Assembly: GCF_037042905.1 (NCBI RefSeq)
Contig: NC_087257.1
Coordinates: 14,632,001 to 14,696,000 of the forward strand
Direction: 5' to 3'
Length of the DNA: 64,000 bases
Source of the DNA: Lytechinus pictus
Taxonomy: Eukaryota
Position 1 is the first letter of the stretch; each line of letters opens with the position of its first letter. The notes under the pieces were generated by a model, which was given only the letters and a program-made list of their open reading frames with translations, was not told the DNA's origin and made no database searches. The position numbers were made by a program, and so were the translations under genes. Positions 40,427 through 54,195 of the stretch are shown here, one piece after another.

Positions 40427-40656
40427 ATTACACATCAAAAGACGTTCCATTTATGAAAATGATAGTGTTTTACAAACTTTTTGTCTTCAGGATATTACCC
40501 CCCCCCCCCCCGTGGACGTCTATTCATTATCTATATTTATGATTGAGGGTTGTTGATACCGATTATCCTTGATTTATAGAGATAGGCCTACTGGACAACT
40601 TCTTTCGAAATAAATATTTTATAACTTTCCATAAATCTGACCGCAGATTAGATCAA

Positions 40657-41247
40657 AGGGATGCTCCAAGCTGAAAATATTTATATTTCAATAAATAGAG
40701 TAAAATTCACAGAGCAAAGTGCTGAAAATTTGATCGAAATTGGAAAATAAATAACAAAGTTAATGAAATTTAAAGATTTGCATTATACTGGTAAAACAGT
40801 TCAAGGCATGTCTTCATGAATATTTATCATGTGGGCTGATGATGTCATATCCCCACATGTTCTTTGTATTATATGAAATGGGGTTTATTCAAAAAAAATT
40901 CTACCAAGAATTAAAACAATTGGATTGATAACTGATTATGTGCATTAGTTATTGATTGCTTCAACTTATTTCATCATAATGGAGACACATCATTTACACG
41001 TGTATGAAAAAAATGAAACAATTCATGTTATAACATAAGAAAAATGGAATGTAAGGATGTGACATCATCAACCCACCTAATGAATATTCATGACAACGTG
41101 CATAACTTTTTTCACCAAATATTGCTAAACTTTGAAATTCAATAACTTCGTTATTTGTTATCAGATTTTGATGAAATTTTCAGCATTTTACTCTGTGAAT
41201 TTTACTCTTTTTATTCAAATATGAATGTTTTCAGCCCGGAGCATCCT
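40657..41247. mobile_element. Kolobok-like foldback MITE, same family, in SULT-A intron 6
   Basis: AGGGATGCTCCAAGCTGAAAA...TTTTCAGCCCGGAGCATCCT|TTAA. Confidence 0.8.
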
Positions 41248-41712
41248 TTAAGTGTAAGGATTTTCTGACTATTAATACCGTTTATTCCTTTTTTCAACAG
41301 ATGCGTCGAGAAGTATCGTTTTCAGGCAAAAATAAGTCATCAAAAATTGAATTCAAGTAGATAGAATAAAGTATTATAACATTTTGTATCACTCTAATTT
41401 GATGCAGCCAACGATAGCGCCGATTGAAATTGAAGTAATTTTAGCGTGTATAATAATAAGAGCAGAATGACGCATTTCGGGATATCCAAAGGTGACGGAA
41501 TCGATGAGTTCAGGGCGCAAGATGAAGCTATACTGATATTTGCCAGCACATGTATCTATTTCATTTCAATGTGATAAAATCCATGCATTAGGCCTATACC
41601 AACAAACATGCATCAATTCTTTAAAGATATTCTAATTATATACAATGATTATACTACTACACCCTACTACTAAGCCCTACCATATACTACTACTAATACT
41701 ACTACTACTTCT

Positions 41713-41843
41713 NNNNNNNNNNNNNNNNNNNNNNNNNNNNNNNNNNNNNNNNNNNNNNNNNNNNNNNNNNNNNNNNNNNNNNNNNNNNNNNNNNNNNNNN
41801 NNNNNNNNNNNNNNNNNNNNNNNNNNNNNNNNNNNNNNNNNNN
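41713..41843. other. Assembly gap (N run)
   Basis: Run of Ns, flanked by (CTA)n and a local duplication. Confidence 1.
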
Positions 41844-42205
41844 TTCGTTTTCACTTATTCATTTACGCATTAAGCCTATACCGCTTCCAATAGACCTATA
41901 TAAACATATTAACATAACATATATCATGTTACTACTACTACTGCTACTACTACTATATTTTCATTTCATTTCGTTTTCACTTATTCATTTACGCATTAAG
42001 CCTATACCGCTTCCAATAGACCTATATAAACATATTAACATAACATATATCATGTTGCCTTTGAGGTAATTAATTTTTTAAAGGTTCATGTTCCCTTGGG
42101 AAACACGTGAATCTGTACCCATCGCCTTCAATTAAACAAATAATTTTCACATTTGAAAAATTCGCCGAACCTCCCCTTTCAGTAAAACCGCGCCCCATAA
42201 GTTAC

Positions 42206-42389
42206 CTTTTCGCATGAATGACTTCTCCTTGGTGAGGTCCAGAGGCTTTTTGAAACCGAAATCGGGGTTCATACTCTTGTTACTCTTCATGAACTTGAAA
42301 CTTGACGCGTTGACGATGCGATCAATGACGTCGTCTGGTAAAGATTTCCCCATGAACTCGGTGATCTGAATCACGGCTTTCCTCAGGTC
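42206..42389 (-). CDS. SULT-A exon 6
   Basis: DLRKAVIQITEFMGKSLPDDVIDRIVNASSFKFMK...FMRK+G|gtaact; 184 nt. Confidence 0.92.
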
Positions 42390-43795
42390 CTGTAATTGAA
42401 CAGAAAGAGCATGTGTAGGCCTACACTTTAAATGATTATGTCATGATTCACTAATCAAAACTAATATTTTATTCACTTTCATTCAATCTAGAAAAATTTC
42501 TTTGACCAGGGGTCCGTTGTAGAAAGAGATGCATTTAAACGCAAGTCAAAAAATCAATCGCAAGTCCCCAATGCGCGCTGTTGATAGGTTGAAAATCAAG
42601 TTGCGCATGATTTTTAGAGTTGCGATTGATTGCAACTCTTTCTGCAACAGACCCCAGAACATATTTAGTTTCAGGGATTTTTTAACCATTAAGATTTATC
42701 CTTGCTCAAATAATCCACTGACTAACCAACATGGTTGATTTAGCAATGTAAATGAAAATGAATTGGGGACACAGCATATAATTATTAATGTAACGATTAA
42801 AACGTATTGCGAATTTGGTCACGCACGTGTATAGCAATACATTTGACTGCCCCCCCCGGGTTTGCGAACAATTCAGTGTGACAAGAAACTAAATCGGGGA
42901 CATGGGCTATTATTTATGAAACGATTACAACGTATTGAGAACAAATTGATGAAAGAAACTAAATTGGGGATATGGGCTATTATTTATTTAACGATTACAT
43001 TGTATTGAGAGCAAATCAGTTTTGAGAATTCATAGTAAGAGGAATACCTTGCCTATTTAATCAGAAAATATCCCCTCTTGTATTTTGTATTAAAATATGA
43101 TATTCATTCGAATGTTGTCCTCCAAGGATGAAACAAATTGAAATGTGACCTCAGTGAGTTATATTCGGTGGTATTTCTACATCATTGATTTAGAATGGAC
43201 ACCAAGATTACAGATAGGGCCTACTGAATATGTCATCTCTATCAAACTTACAACAGATCCATGTCTTTACAACTACCTTTATAATAATTTGATTATTTTG
43301 AAGTCTGTCTAAAGTCATTTGGAGATCGGTTTAATGTCGGTCGATGTCGGTCTGAAAACAGTTTGAAGTCATCTCAAAGCCAATTCGAACATTGTCATGA
43401 TTCTTGAGGTCGGTGGAAAGCCAAGGCCACACACTCCACGGTTTGCCGACGTCCCGACTTTGGGAGACACCATGGAACAAATTCAAAAGTCCCGAGTTCT
43501 GATTCGTTATATGAATACTTTAATGAAAAAATACGGCTAAGTCGTTCTTCTTCAAATCAAATTCAATTCAGAATCTTAAATAACATCACAACAAATTTGA
43601 CCATTATTGCAAAATCAATTCTTGCAAATATTATAGAATGTTGATATAAGCATCTGTTACCCTGATCCTTATTTTATATGTTTATAATGTTATAAAATGT
43701 TCAAAATCGGGTCGCAGACCAGTGGTAAGGTTGGCGGTGGCTCTCGTCCATTGGGAAAATTATGTGACGTCACAGATTGATGAAAAGAGACATAC

Positions 43796-43890
43796 CTGTT
43801 TCATGTCTTCATACTTGAGAAAGAGAACGTTGGGATGATTCCTGAACTTCCACCAGTAAAGAGTATGCTCGAACCAAGAACCGTAAAAAG
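43796..43890 (-). CDS. SULT-A exon 5
   Basis: AFYGSWFEHTLYWWKFRNHPNVLFLKYEDMKQ|gtatgt; 95 nt. Confidence 0.92.
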
Positions 43891-44579
43891 CTGTAAAAGT
43901 TTGGATCACGGAGATGCTGAGAATCAAGGCAAAATGAATGAGAAATGGCAATTCTGAATCCATTTTGTTGTGACTTTGCAAAGCCCCACCTACTAACACA
44001 ACCATGATAGTCATTGAATCATGTTTATTGCATCCCCAATCGTGATTGATGCATTCCTCTTTTAATAGTTTTTATGGATAATACTAACAATCCAAAGCAT
44101 TCATAAATGTAGAGCAAAGGGCTTTTTTTTTTATTTGATGGCAGATGATCAATATTTTCGCCTGGTTTGATTTCCCCCATCTCTCATTGTGGCGCAAGAC
44201 ATTATTTTACACTTGATAGTGACATTATGATGAGAGAAGGAAACTTAATATTTGTTGGTGTACTGACTTCTATAAACTTACTGAATATCATTTTATTGGT
44301 TTTATCCTTTATTTTTATTATTCTAGCCGTATTTGTAAATTAATATTGCTTTCATAAAATTTGCATCGACCAGTTATCCTTATAGTGATCCCATGTTCCT
44401 GCTGATCTATATTAATCATTAATCCACAAACAGGGAATGCTTATGAAAATACAAAACATAGGATAATATACAATTGCATTTTTTTTGTTACGAGGTCAAT
44501 AAACCTTTCCCATTGGTATTCATGGTATACTAAGCCCTCTGGTCCCAAATTATTGATAGTGGCAAGGTGGAAGAGTTAC

Positions 44580-44847
44580 CTCTATCTGCGATGAACTCCT
44601 CAAAGAATTCATGCCACGTATACGTCGGAAGTGGCTTAACCAGTTGACAATAATGATATCCAGAAACAGCCGTATCCTTTGGGTTCCTAGCCATGTACAG
44701 CACCTTCGCTAGAGGATTATCTTTGAGTCCGTCAGGGAGCCATCTTGGGACCACGTGTGTTTTTAGTATCCGAGGTGTATCGGTTGGCATAGCGTCTGCC
44801 ATTTCCGCACCTGTTGGTCCAGACATTACCTCTTCCTTGTCTTTGTA
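44580..44847 (-). CDS. SULT-A exon 4 (catalytic His, 3'-PB motif)
   Basis: ...PRILKTH...KVLYMARNPKDTAVSGYHY...WHEFFEEFIADR+G|gtaac; 268 nt. Confidence 0.92.
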
Positions 44848-45011
44848 CTAAAATATATCATTTATGTAAAAAAAAAAAATGTATAAAAACTTAAAATGTA
44901 GACAATCCATGAGTTTATTTTTAACATTTTTTTAACAAAAATTCATGAGCCTTGTCTTGTGATCGATCATGGCATGTGACAGAGGCAATTCTGTTTACTT
45001 TTCATACTCAC

Positions 45012-45139
45012 CGTCATCTTCACCGGTAAAGTGCAAACTTCCAAGAAAGGAACCATCGTAATGATATGCTTCCCTTCGAAGAATGAGAGATCCCCTTCAA
45101 GCTGTACCAACATTACATTCTGCTGGAGCCACGTTGTTC
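45012..45139 (-). CDS. SULT-A exon 3
   Basis: GTTWLQQNVMLVQLEGDLSFFEGKHIITMVPFLEVCTLPVKMT|gtgagt. Confidence 0.9.
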
Positions 45140-45536
45140 CTGTTCACATGAAAATAAAACATTGCATCCGATTTGATTGGTTGATACATTGACATGATTG
45201 ATACATGTTGATGGACCGAATAAATCAAACTAATATCGATGACTTACCCATTATTAGGTTTACTAATAACTGGAACACAATCATGAGATCGATATTCTCT
45301 CCACAATTTTCTTCTATTTTGGACAGTACTTAAATTTTCCTTTCGGGTCAGTATATAAATAAAAAAATTGAGCTTGTACTTCGCGTTCACATTATGTTTA
45401 TTAAGATACACAGCTTGTTCAATTACATATGCCGATTCTGAGTCTGTTCTCTATATAAAAACGTGTAAAAATTTTTAGTTATGCGACAGGATTCTTCACT
45501 CCCTTCAGCCATATGGTCACCTTTATCATGTTTATG

Positions 45537-46219
45537 CAGGGGCGGATCCAGCCTTCGTCAATAGGGGAGGGGGGGGGCGTGGCGGGGCGGGGCGGAATTG
45601 CTTTCAGCCACATTTCCCACAATCGGCCGCTCGAAGTTGATTTTTTGTTTGTTTGAAGGGACAATCCTGATAGTCACTTCTGAGCTTTATTCTTATAAAT
45701 CAACATAAATATATAATAATCTCATAAGCTCTATTTGAACAGTGCGAGCGCGAAGCGCGAGCTATTTTGTTTTTCATTTCATGTATTTTGTCCTAAAATT
45801 TAAACATTCTAGGCAATGTTTGTAATCCTAAACGAGATGTGTATCCAACTAAATAATTACTGAAATTTGTAAATCAAACAAAATATGAAAGTTCGACTTC
45901 CGAGCTGAAATGTGTTTTGTATATTGACTTCAATTTTGATATATTAAGCTCCATATTGAGCAAGATATGTAAATCACCTAAAAGGAAATGTGAGCGCAAT
46001 GCTCGAGCAAAAATTTTGTATAATGACATGAAAGATTTTTTTCCAAGTTTTCCCTCATCTTATTTTATTCACTCGTTTTCCTCCTCTTATGTTTCCCCTC
46101 AATCTTTTATCTCCTCTCTTTTCCCTTCTTTTTAATGTTTTCTTTCTTTCCCGCTTTTTTTCTTTTTTTTTGCTCCGGCAATAGAGGGGGCGGGCCCCTC
46201 GGCCCCCCGGATCCGCCTA
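45537..46219. mobile_element. Non-autonomous element of the same GCGCGAAGCGC family in SULT-A intron 2
   Basis: Ends CAGGGGCGGATCC...GGATCCGCCTATG; body aligns by eye with 36757-37930. Confidence 0.7.
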
Positions 46220-46712
46220 TGATTTTTGTGAAAGGATTCAACAATCCCTATCAGGGCCATGGTCGCCATTATGCGACAGGAATCTATACACTCCCTTCAG
46301 GCCCATGTGTCATCGGTGTCCTATCCTCCTAACATTGGACGCTACGCTGTGTAAAGATGTACATCAGACAGTGATTTCCAGTAAAAATTCATTTTCTTCA
46401 ATGATTACTGTAAGAATAAGCATGATTCAAAAATCATTTTATCTCTTGGTACGGGACTATAAAGTCTTATTTAGGGGCACACCTTTGATATGCCGATAAG
46501 TATAGGCGCCATCTGTACGTAAATCGTGGCCCTCAGAATTACCAACTGCGACACACCTCATGATGATTTATTATTATTATTTCTTGCAACGAGACAAATA
46601 AAGCCCCAATAGAAACTCCCAAATGCGTCCTACTGATTGGTCGAAATCAGTATTTGGGTCGATGGGAAGAAAATGTACCTTTAGCCTCTAATAGAACTTG
46701 AGATTTACTAAC

Positions 46713-46901
46713 CTACTTTGGGATAGCTGATGACAAACACGTCGTCCGGACGAACTTTGAATCGTTTCGTCTGTTCGATGCCTTTCTTTGGGATGTAGTA
46801 TGCCAGGACAACATTCTCGTATTCGTGGCAGTGTTTGGCTGCATGCGCCGGGGACTTGGCGAGGAGGGCCGACATCTCCCCGGTCCAACACTCAACAGTA
46901 T
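46713..46901 (-). CDS. SULT-A exon 2
   Basis: DTVECWTGEMSALL...KRFKVRPDDVFVISYPKV+G, the first half of the 5'-PSB loop; 189 nt, phase 1-1. Confidence 0.9.
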   Translation of the reverse strand: MLLSVGPGRCRPSSPSPRRMQPNTATNTRMLSWHTTSQRKASNRRNDSKFVRTTCLSSAIPK

Positions 46902-48053
46902 CTACAAAAAAAAAATAGATTAAATGCGTTATTGCAATTAATATCAGATGGCTGTAAATATTGATTTACAATGTGGCATATAGGCTTGAATATGCACTTT
47001 TGAAAAGTGTTTATTACATGACTATTATTCTAGGATATGCCTTAGTATTGTGGGCTTCTGGGGTTTTTTACTCATACATGTCATAAGAAAGGTCTTGTGA
47101 CATAGAAATAGTATTTTCTACAATAGAGTTATGTGACTTGTTTAGTATACGCGTTATGACAAATCCCTGTAGTGCTGAGAGTGCGACAAAAGGCTGTCTG
47201 CTTGGATTCTCGAAAACAAAATTACTTGCATTGTACTTTGGACTGCCGCACCTTGACATGTCATGCATGGCTGATATTCATCGATGCGAGAAAATAATAT
47301 CATTCATATTTTCGGCTGGTAGGGTTATTGTGGCTGAAAACGAAAAAAAAAAACTGTGCAAGGGTGAATAAGCATTTTCCACAAACAAGCGCCTGTCATG
47401 ATATTTTTATGTGAGGATGGATCAACTAAACGACCTCAAATTCACAAGGGAACTAATTTCATAAATATACATATATTTCACCTCGTAATTTTGTGTGACT
47501 TCCAATATCATCCAGGTTGCTAGATTTAATATTGAAATTGAAAATAGCACGTATCCGATTGGTAGAATAGCAATGTGCTGTGAGTTTTTGCCATAATTAT
47601 AGATAGGCCTACAGAGATACAACCGGAGATACAATCTCATACGACCGGAGATGCAATCTCAAAGCCATTTATAATGCATGCAATGTTTGTCATATAATGG
47701 TTACAGGTAATATTATTCTATCATGCTCTGTTTGTTTCAGGGTTGTATTACCACAGCAGTAGCACGTAGAAATTTATTTGATAATGGCCATGGGCTGCAA
47801 CCCCAGGGTGGGGGGTTAGCTTGAATTTTGTAGAGTAGCTAGCCTATGGGAGTTGCCCCCTGCCCCCCCCACCCCCATGAAGACTGGCCACGAATATGCC
47901 GCGCATAGAACTAACTGGTCGCCTAGCTCGAACGTGATTTTCTCTAGTTCAAGATCGAAGTATACATAACCTTTGCACCGACAACAAACATACTTTACAA
48001 GCTCACTACGGTCATATTTATCATGTTTAGTCAACAGGAATCATAATGTTTAC

Positions 48054-48069
48054 CTTTTATTTCAGCCAT
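48054..48069 (-). CDS. Cytosolic sulfotransferase SULT-A exon 1 (MAEIK)
   Basis: ATG GCT GAA ATA AAA G|gtaaac, phase 1. A near-identical exon and flank sits at 61494-61528 for the paralog. Confidence 0.75.
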
Positions 48070-49544
48070 ATCTCTGATTAAGCAGCATCCAGCTTGATTT
48101 TAATCTTGAAGCACTCAGTTAACATATGCACATCGGTTGATATTATTACTTACCGGTTGATCATGTGACTGATCACCCCTCTCTCTCTCTCTCTCTCTGC
48201 AATTAATATTTTTCATCTACAATTTATTGTTGTGATTAGATTTTATTCTGAATTCTATCTTGATGATGCCATCAATTTTCTTAGGCAATCTGAATACATG
48301 TTTGTCTTTTAAAATCAAAACTCAAGGTAGCAAAAGTTATTCGCAGTGGAACAGTTTTTTTACGTCTAAAACTCAAGATAATGATTCGCTTTGCAATACA
48401 TCATTCCATATATGAAACGAAATAACCGTATAAAGGAAACAGGGGCGTCGATTGCATAAACTCTCTCTTTCTCTCTCTCTCATCCCCCGCACACACACAT
48501 AGTATATATATTTATATATATATATATAAAACATTGAACATTCTGAGCAATGTGTGTGGTCCTGAAGAAGATGCGTTTGGAACTAAAATATTACTGCAAG
48601 CGCGAAGCGCGAGCATGATTTTTTGTTTGAAAAGGGACATGTAAAGAACTGTTTGCAGTTACCCATTCAGCGAGCGCAAAGCGTGAGCTGAAAATTTTTG
48701 TCAAAAACTTAGAAATTCTAGGCACTTTTTGTAATCATGAACAAGGTTGAATTAAAAAAAATTGACGTTTAGACCTTAAAATGGGACACTCTGTTAATGT
48801 TTCGGAAATCATGAAAATGATTGGTTATTGGAGATCTTCCAAATTTAATAATGCGATCTGGATTCTGGGCGTTCTAAATACATTTCCTTTTATTATTAAA
48901 ATCAATAATGCGAGCGCGAAGCGCGAGCTTAAAAAACGATATTCCGATCTGAAGAAGGGTCAATTAATGCACTATTTCAAGCACTGTGTATGGAAATTGT
49001 GAAGTGGATATGGAGCGCAATGAATGGTTCGAGCGCGAGCTGATATATTTTGAGCTAGAACCAGGATATTTTAAGGACATCATGTTATAATATGAAAATG
49101 ATGACTATCTTCCTATTTCTCTCCCTAAGCTTGTCGATATTCCATTCTAGAAAAGGGACAATTTGATTATTAGGAATTCAGATATATGTTATTGTCTTAT
49201 TTATGTAATAAGCCTGATGATAGCGCGAAATGTGTTGATATTAAGGTCTGAAAACTGGACATATTAAGCACTTTCGAAATTATGAATAGGATGCATGGGT
49301 TAATATATTTTTAACAATAATGATGCAAGCGCAAATCTCGAGCCGAATTTTTTTTATCAACTGTCACGGAAAGTGGGGTTTTAAGTAGTTTATTAGAATT
49401 AATATATGAAAAAAAAAAATCGGTTTTCCATTTTCTTGTTTATTCATTGGCAGAAAATAATGCCTATATGATGAGATTCCTGCGTAAGTATAGGGCCTAC
49501 CTTATCAAAAGTTGCAATGATAGAGGGAATCATTTCCCAATATT

Positions 49545-50220
49545 TAAATATGCTAAGTTTTGTGTTTTATTTGCAGATGACACGTGTGTCTCTATGTCTG
49601 GTAGTAATATTAATTTTCTGTTTAGAGATATGAATTTACAGCTTAATAAGATCAATGAGTGGATGTCGGTCAATAATTTGACTGCGAATACATCAAAAAC
49701 CAATTATGTGTTGTTTAGTACATGCAAGCATAAAGATAAACAACTTGAAATTATACTCTTGGCCCTAATAACTTTGAAATTACTCAACTTCACAGTATAA
49801 ACTTTTTAGGAATTTATTTGGATGACAACCTATCTTGGGACTTTACAGGCCTGTAATAAGATTGCAAAAAAGATCGGGGTAATGGCCAAACTTACATTTT
49901 TGCCTATTTCGGTTCTTAAAATGTTAGATCATGCTTTTATCACATCTACCATTAACTATGGATTGATTGCACGGGGATTCACAACTAAAAGAAATATACA
50001 GGAAATTCTTATTTAACAAAACCGATCAATCCGTCTAACAACTCTTTGCCGTTACCTCTCTGAAAGTGCACCTCTTTTCCAACGAAATAAATATTTTACC
50101 GATTCAGAATTATGATTACAGACCTGTTTATTCATGTACCAATGTCACAACCATATGTTACCCAAGTCTCTTCAAGATTATTTTAAAATGAATAAGTTGT
50201 ACCACTCATATCAAACATAT
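49545..50220 (+). mobile_element. Degenerate LINE (CR1/L2-group-like) RT fragment
   Basis: VLFADDTCV, LTANTSKTNYVLF and KLLGIYLDDNLSW occur in broken frames. Confidence 0.75.
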
Positions 50221-50509
50221 GATACTTCGATTTCTTGGGTCTTAAATCACTGAATGGTATAATTATAAAAAGTAAGATTGTTCACTTTCACAATATGTCA
50301 ATATGTAAAATTTATAATTTAACATTGATTTATCGAGAGCATAAGAATGAAATACATATAAAATATTTTACGTGTCGTTGTTTTTTTATATTTCAATGTG
50401 AACAAATAGAGATCTTCTTGTTTTGTTTCAGGTTTGATATTAGATGTATTTCCAAGTATACAACCAACACTACATCCAGCAAAAGCATGAAAATGATAAT
50501 ATATCTTAA

Positions 50510-51099
50510 AGGTCTAGTCCACCCCAGAAAATGTTGTTTTGAATCGATAGAGAAAAATAAAACAAGAATTAAACGCAAAAAAAATCAACAAAATCGGATG
50601 TAAAATAAGAAAGTTGTGACATTTTCAAGTTTCGATAATTATATGCACAACTCAGTGATATGCAAAATAATGAAGATTCGATGATGTCCCTCACAGTTTC
50701 TTTTGTTTTTTATTGTGTGAACTTTACAATATTTCATTTTTTTTTAAGATTTGACAATAAGGACCAACTTGACTTAACCATAAAATGTTAAAATTATGGT
50801 GATTTCACATGACCAGGGAGGAATAAAAAAAAATCACATGACAATGAGAATTTTTTTAAAGAATTTTTCACATTTCATATTATAAAATACAAAAGAAAAA
50901 TTGAGTGGGGACGTCATCAGTCTGCTCATTTTGTATACCGACCAGGATGTGCATATAACTGTTTTGTGAAATTAAGCGAAACTTTAAAATGTCATAACTT
51001 TCTTATTTTAATTCCAATTTTGATGACATTTTCAGTGTTACACTAATAGGATTTTTTTCTCTTTATTCAAATTAACTTTTGTTGGGGTGGACTTATCCT
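50510..51099. mobile_element. Kolobok-like MITE
   Basis: TTAA|AGGTCTAGTCCACCCC...GGGGTGGACTTATCCT; body similar to 345-926. Confidence 0.75.
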
Positions 51100-51289
51100 T
51101 TGATTATAGCCCAGCCCGTTCGCGATATTTCGAGGACACAACTTTGAATAGAGAGAACAATAAACCCAAATTATACACAAGGATGTTAACTTAATGAACA
51201 TAATCATGATAATAAGTATACAAGAAATGGAAATAAGAATTGTAAACAAATCACACGAAAAGTTGATATTTCTACCTGTTGTCTTTTAA

Positions 51290-51888
51290 AGGGGAATCCA
51301 GCCTTGGCCATAAAATGTTGTGTTGGGAAGGACAAAAATAAATTAAACAGAATGGTGAAAGTTTGAAAGAAATCGGACAAGCAATAAGAAAGTTATAGCT
51401 GCTTTAAAATTGAGATCACTAATACTATGTAGATTTCAAATTGGCAACTGGGTAAGTAAATTATGACAAGGGGCAAGGACAACTTTCCCATAGGCCATGT
51501 ACTTTATTATCAGGGATTTGTGGTTTTCTCCTATAAGTACCCATTCCCCTGGGGCAGTAATCTAAATATAACACAGGTAGTATATTGTTTTATGTCCTCA
51601 TGAAAGAAAAATATAATTTGAAATAAAACTTTTGGGAAAAATGACATTTTAGCCACAATATGTATTGGAGTACATGGAAGAGTTATAGTCCTTGCCTTAC
51701 ATCACTATGACATCCTATATGCGGCCAATTTGAAGTCTCCATGGGTATAGTGATTACCAATATTTACAACTTTTAAAAATTCATAACTTTCTTGTTGTTT
51801 GTCCAATATTGTTCAAACTTTCACCTATCAACTTGTCTGATTTTTCTTTTCCTTATAAAACAATTTTTTATTAGGGTTGGATTCCCCT
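51290..51888. mobile_element. TTAA-flanked MITE (Kolobok-like)
   Basis: TTAA|AGGGGAATCCAGCC...GGTTGGATTCCCCT|TTAA. Confidence 0.8.
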
Positions 51889-52932
51889 TTAATTCATTCT
51901 CATTTTCTTTTCATTACCCAAGCATGAACTTGTAACACAGCCCATTGAATAATCTCCGTTGGGCGGTGCATATAAAAGCATGCAAGTGCAAATAACATAT
52001 GTAGGCCTATATCATGCACAACATGAATAATAAAATGATAAATGATGTTCATATCTTCAAACTTCAAATACATGTTGGAAAAAATGCACAATTACCCACC
52101 ATAAGCTAAAAACAAGTTACAAAAATGCACCTTTCGTTCCTGTTTGCACCGGAAAGGCTGTAAGATGTTATTTTGTCAACTATGCTTATTTTAGGATGCA
52201 TGATATTTTGCAATAAAAAAGAGCAGATCTACTATACATCTTATCTAGAAACTACTATATACTCTGCACCTTAAACATTTACTGAATTGGTGCAGCAATA
52301 AAAGTGCCAAAAACTTTTAGGGTGCAACGTACCGCACATACAGTGTCAAGCTAAAAATAGCATATTAGTTCAGCATACTTGCTATCAAAGAATTTAATTT
52401 ATACACCAAAATAATGCAGGAATTGGTAGTGCAATGTCTTCATGAAATCATGAAGATACTGCTTGCCTTCTGTGCGTGATTGCCATTACCAATCAAAGTA
52501 TCGGAAGAGATTCCAAGATCATTCGCATCTGTCGACCGAAAGGGTACACACACATTAAGAATATTTTCTTATAAGAAATATTTGAATCGTCATCAGTGAT
52601 GGTTGTAATCATCTAGAATTTCCATTTGGGCGATTTTAATATTGATGATGAAGATTGGTATGGTGTTGAAAAAATTAGCACAGCCAAAACTACACCATTC
52701 TTAAAATCAAGTTGATGCTCAGTGTCCAGAGCTATCTATGGTTCAAAATGTGTAATATTTATAAACCCGACTTCGGTGTTGGGGTTTGAATCAGCACCCC
52801 AGTTCACGTTTTGAAATTGAACGAAAACATAAACGCCGAATTTTATTTCATCCGATGTTGCGTTTAAATTTGCGATGTTTAACCTTGTGTAACCTAATGT
52901 AATCATTATGAAATGCAAGATATTGACGATGG

Positions 52933-53082
<150 letters not shown>

Positions 53083-53249
53083 TTATGAACTAGGCCTACT
53101 ACAAACTGCTTGAGAGCAAATTAGTCGTTGGATCCATCACTAACAAAACTTTTCCTTGGATTTCATTATTCAGAACTGAAGTGGCTACCACTGATAATGA
53201 CTTTACTATTATCACCATTAGCATTATTTGTTATCATAATAATGTTTTG

Positions 53250-53344
53250 CTATTATGATTATTATTATAATTATTATTAATATCATCATTATCATCATTA
53301 TTATTATTATTATGATTATTATTATTATGATTATTATTATTATA
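53250..53344. repeat. (ATT/ATC)n microsatellite in SULT-B intron 6
   Basis: Visible trinucleotide run; explains the poly-Ile ORFs. Confidence 0.9.
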
Positions 53345-53363
53345 ACCGATAATGATAAATTAC

Positions 53364-53547
53364 CTTTTCGCATGAATGTTTTATTCTTGGTGAGGTCCAA
53401 GCTTTTCTTAAAAGCGACATCTGGGTTCGCGCTCGTGTTATTCTTCATGAAACTGAAACTTGACGCTTCGATGATACGGTCAATGATGTCGTCTGGTAAA
53501 GTTTTCCCCATGAACTCGGCGATCTGAATTATGGCTTTCCTAGGATC
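53364..53547 (-). CDS. SULT-B exon 6
   Basis: DPRKAIIQIAEFMGKTLPDDIIDRIIEASSFSFMK...FMRK+G|gtaatt; 184 nt. Confidence 0.85.
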
Positions 53548-54100
53548 CTGGCATTAAAAAAAATATGCATATATAAGTATCCTTTCAATCATTGTCAATT
53601 ATTAGTTCATCTTCCACTGATCACATCTAACAGTCTAACATTTCTATCATAAGCCTATATTCATTAATTTGAAGAAAAAAAATGACAACCTAATCTGTTA
53701 TTTCTGAGAAAGAATGCAGTCGCTGCAAAATAATTCTGATTATTCAATTTACTCTAATTGATCATGATTTAATTGGAAGTGTGTAAGAGAGAGTTTATTT
53801 GGGCGTTATTATTAATGTATCAATATTAGGCCATGTGAGTATCGATGATTTGCGACAATCATCACCAACAGAATGAACTTCAGACCGGCAACGGTTCGTT
53901 ATTATCAATGGTATAGGTCAGTTTGGAGTCAGTTTCGGTGGTGTAATGTTAGCGTAATATTTGAACATTGTTGATTGCAAGAAAGTTAAAGATTAATTTG
54001 ACGCTAGTCTAAATAATGCCAGTTTGATATCAATGTGAAGGTTGTTTAAGTCCATTTGATAATGGTCTGTGACGACATAGGTCTTTGAATAGTGACGTAC

Positions 54101-54195
54101 ATGTTTCATGTCTTCATACTTGAGAAAGAGAACGTTGGGATGATTCCGTAGGTTCCACCAATGGAGAATGTGCTCAAACCAAGAACCGTAGATAA
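54101..54195 (-). CDS. SULT-B exon 5
   Basis: VIYGSWFEHILHWWNLRNHPNVLFLKYEDMKH|gtacgt; 95 nt. Confidence 0.85.

Noticed and set aside
41844-42057. ~86-bp tandem duplication
   Set aside because: It abuts an N gap and a microsatellite, so it is probably an assembly artefact.
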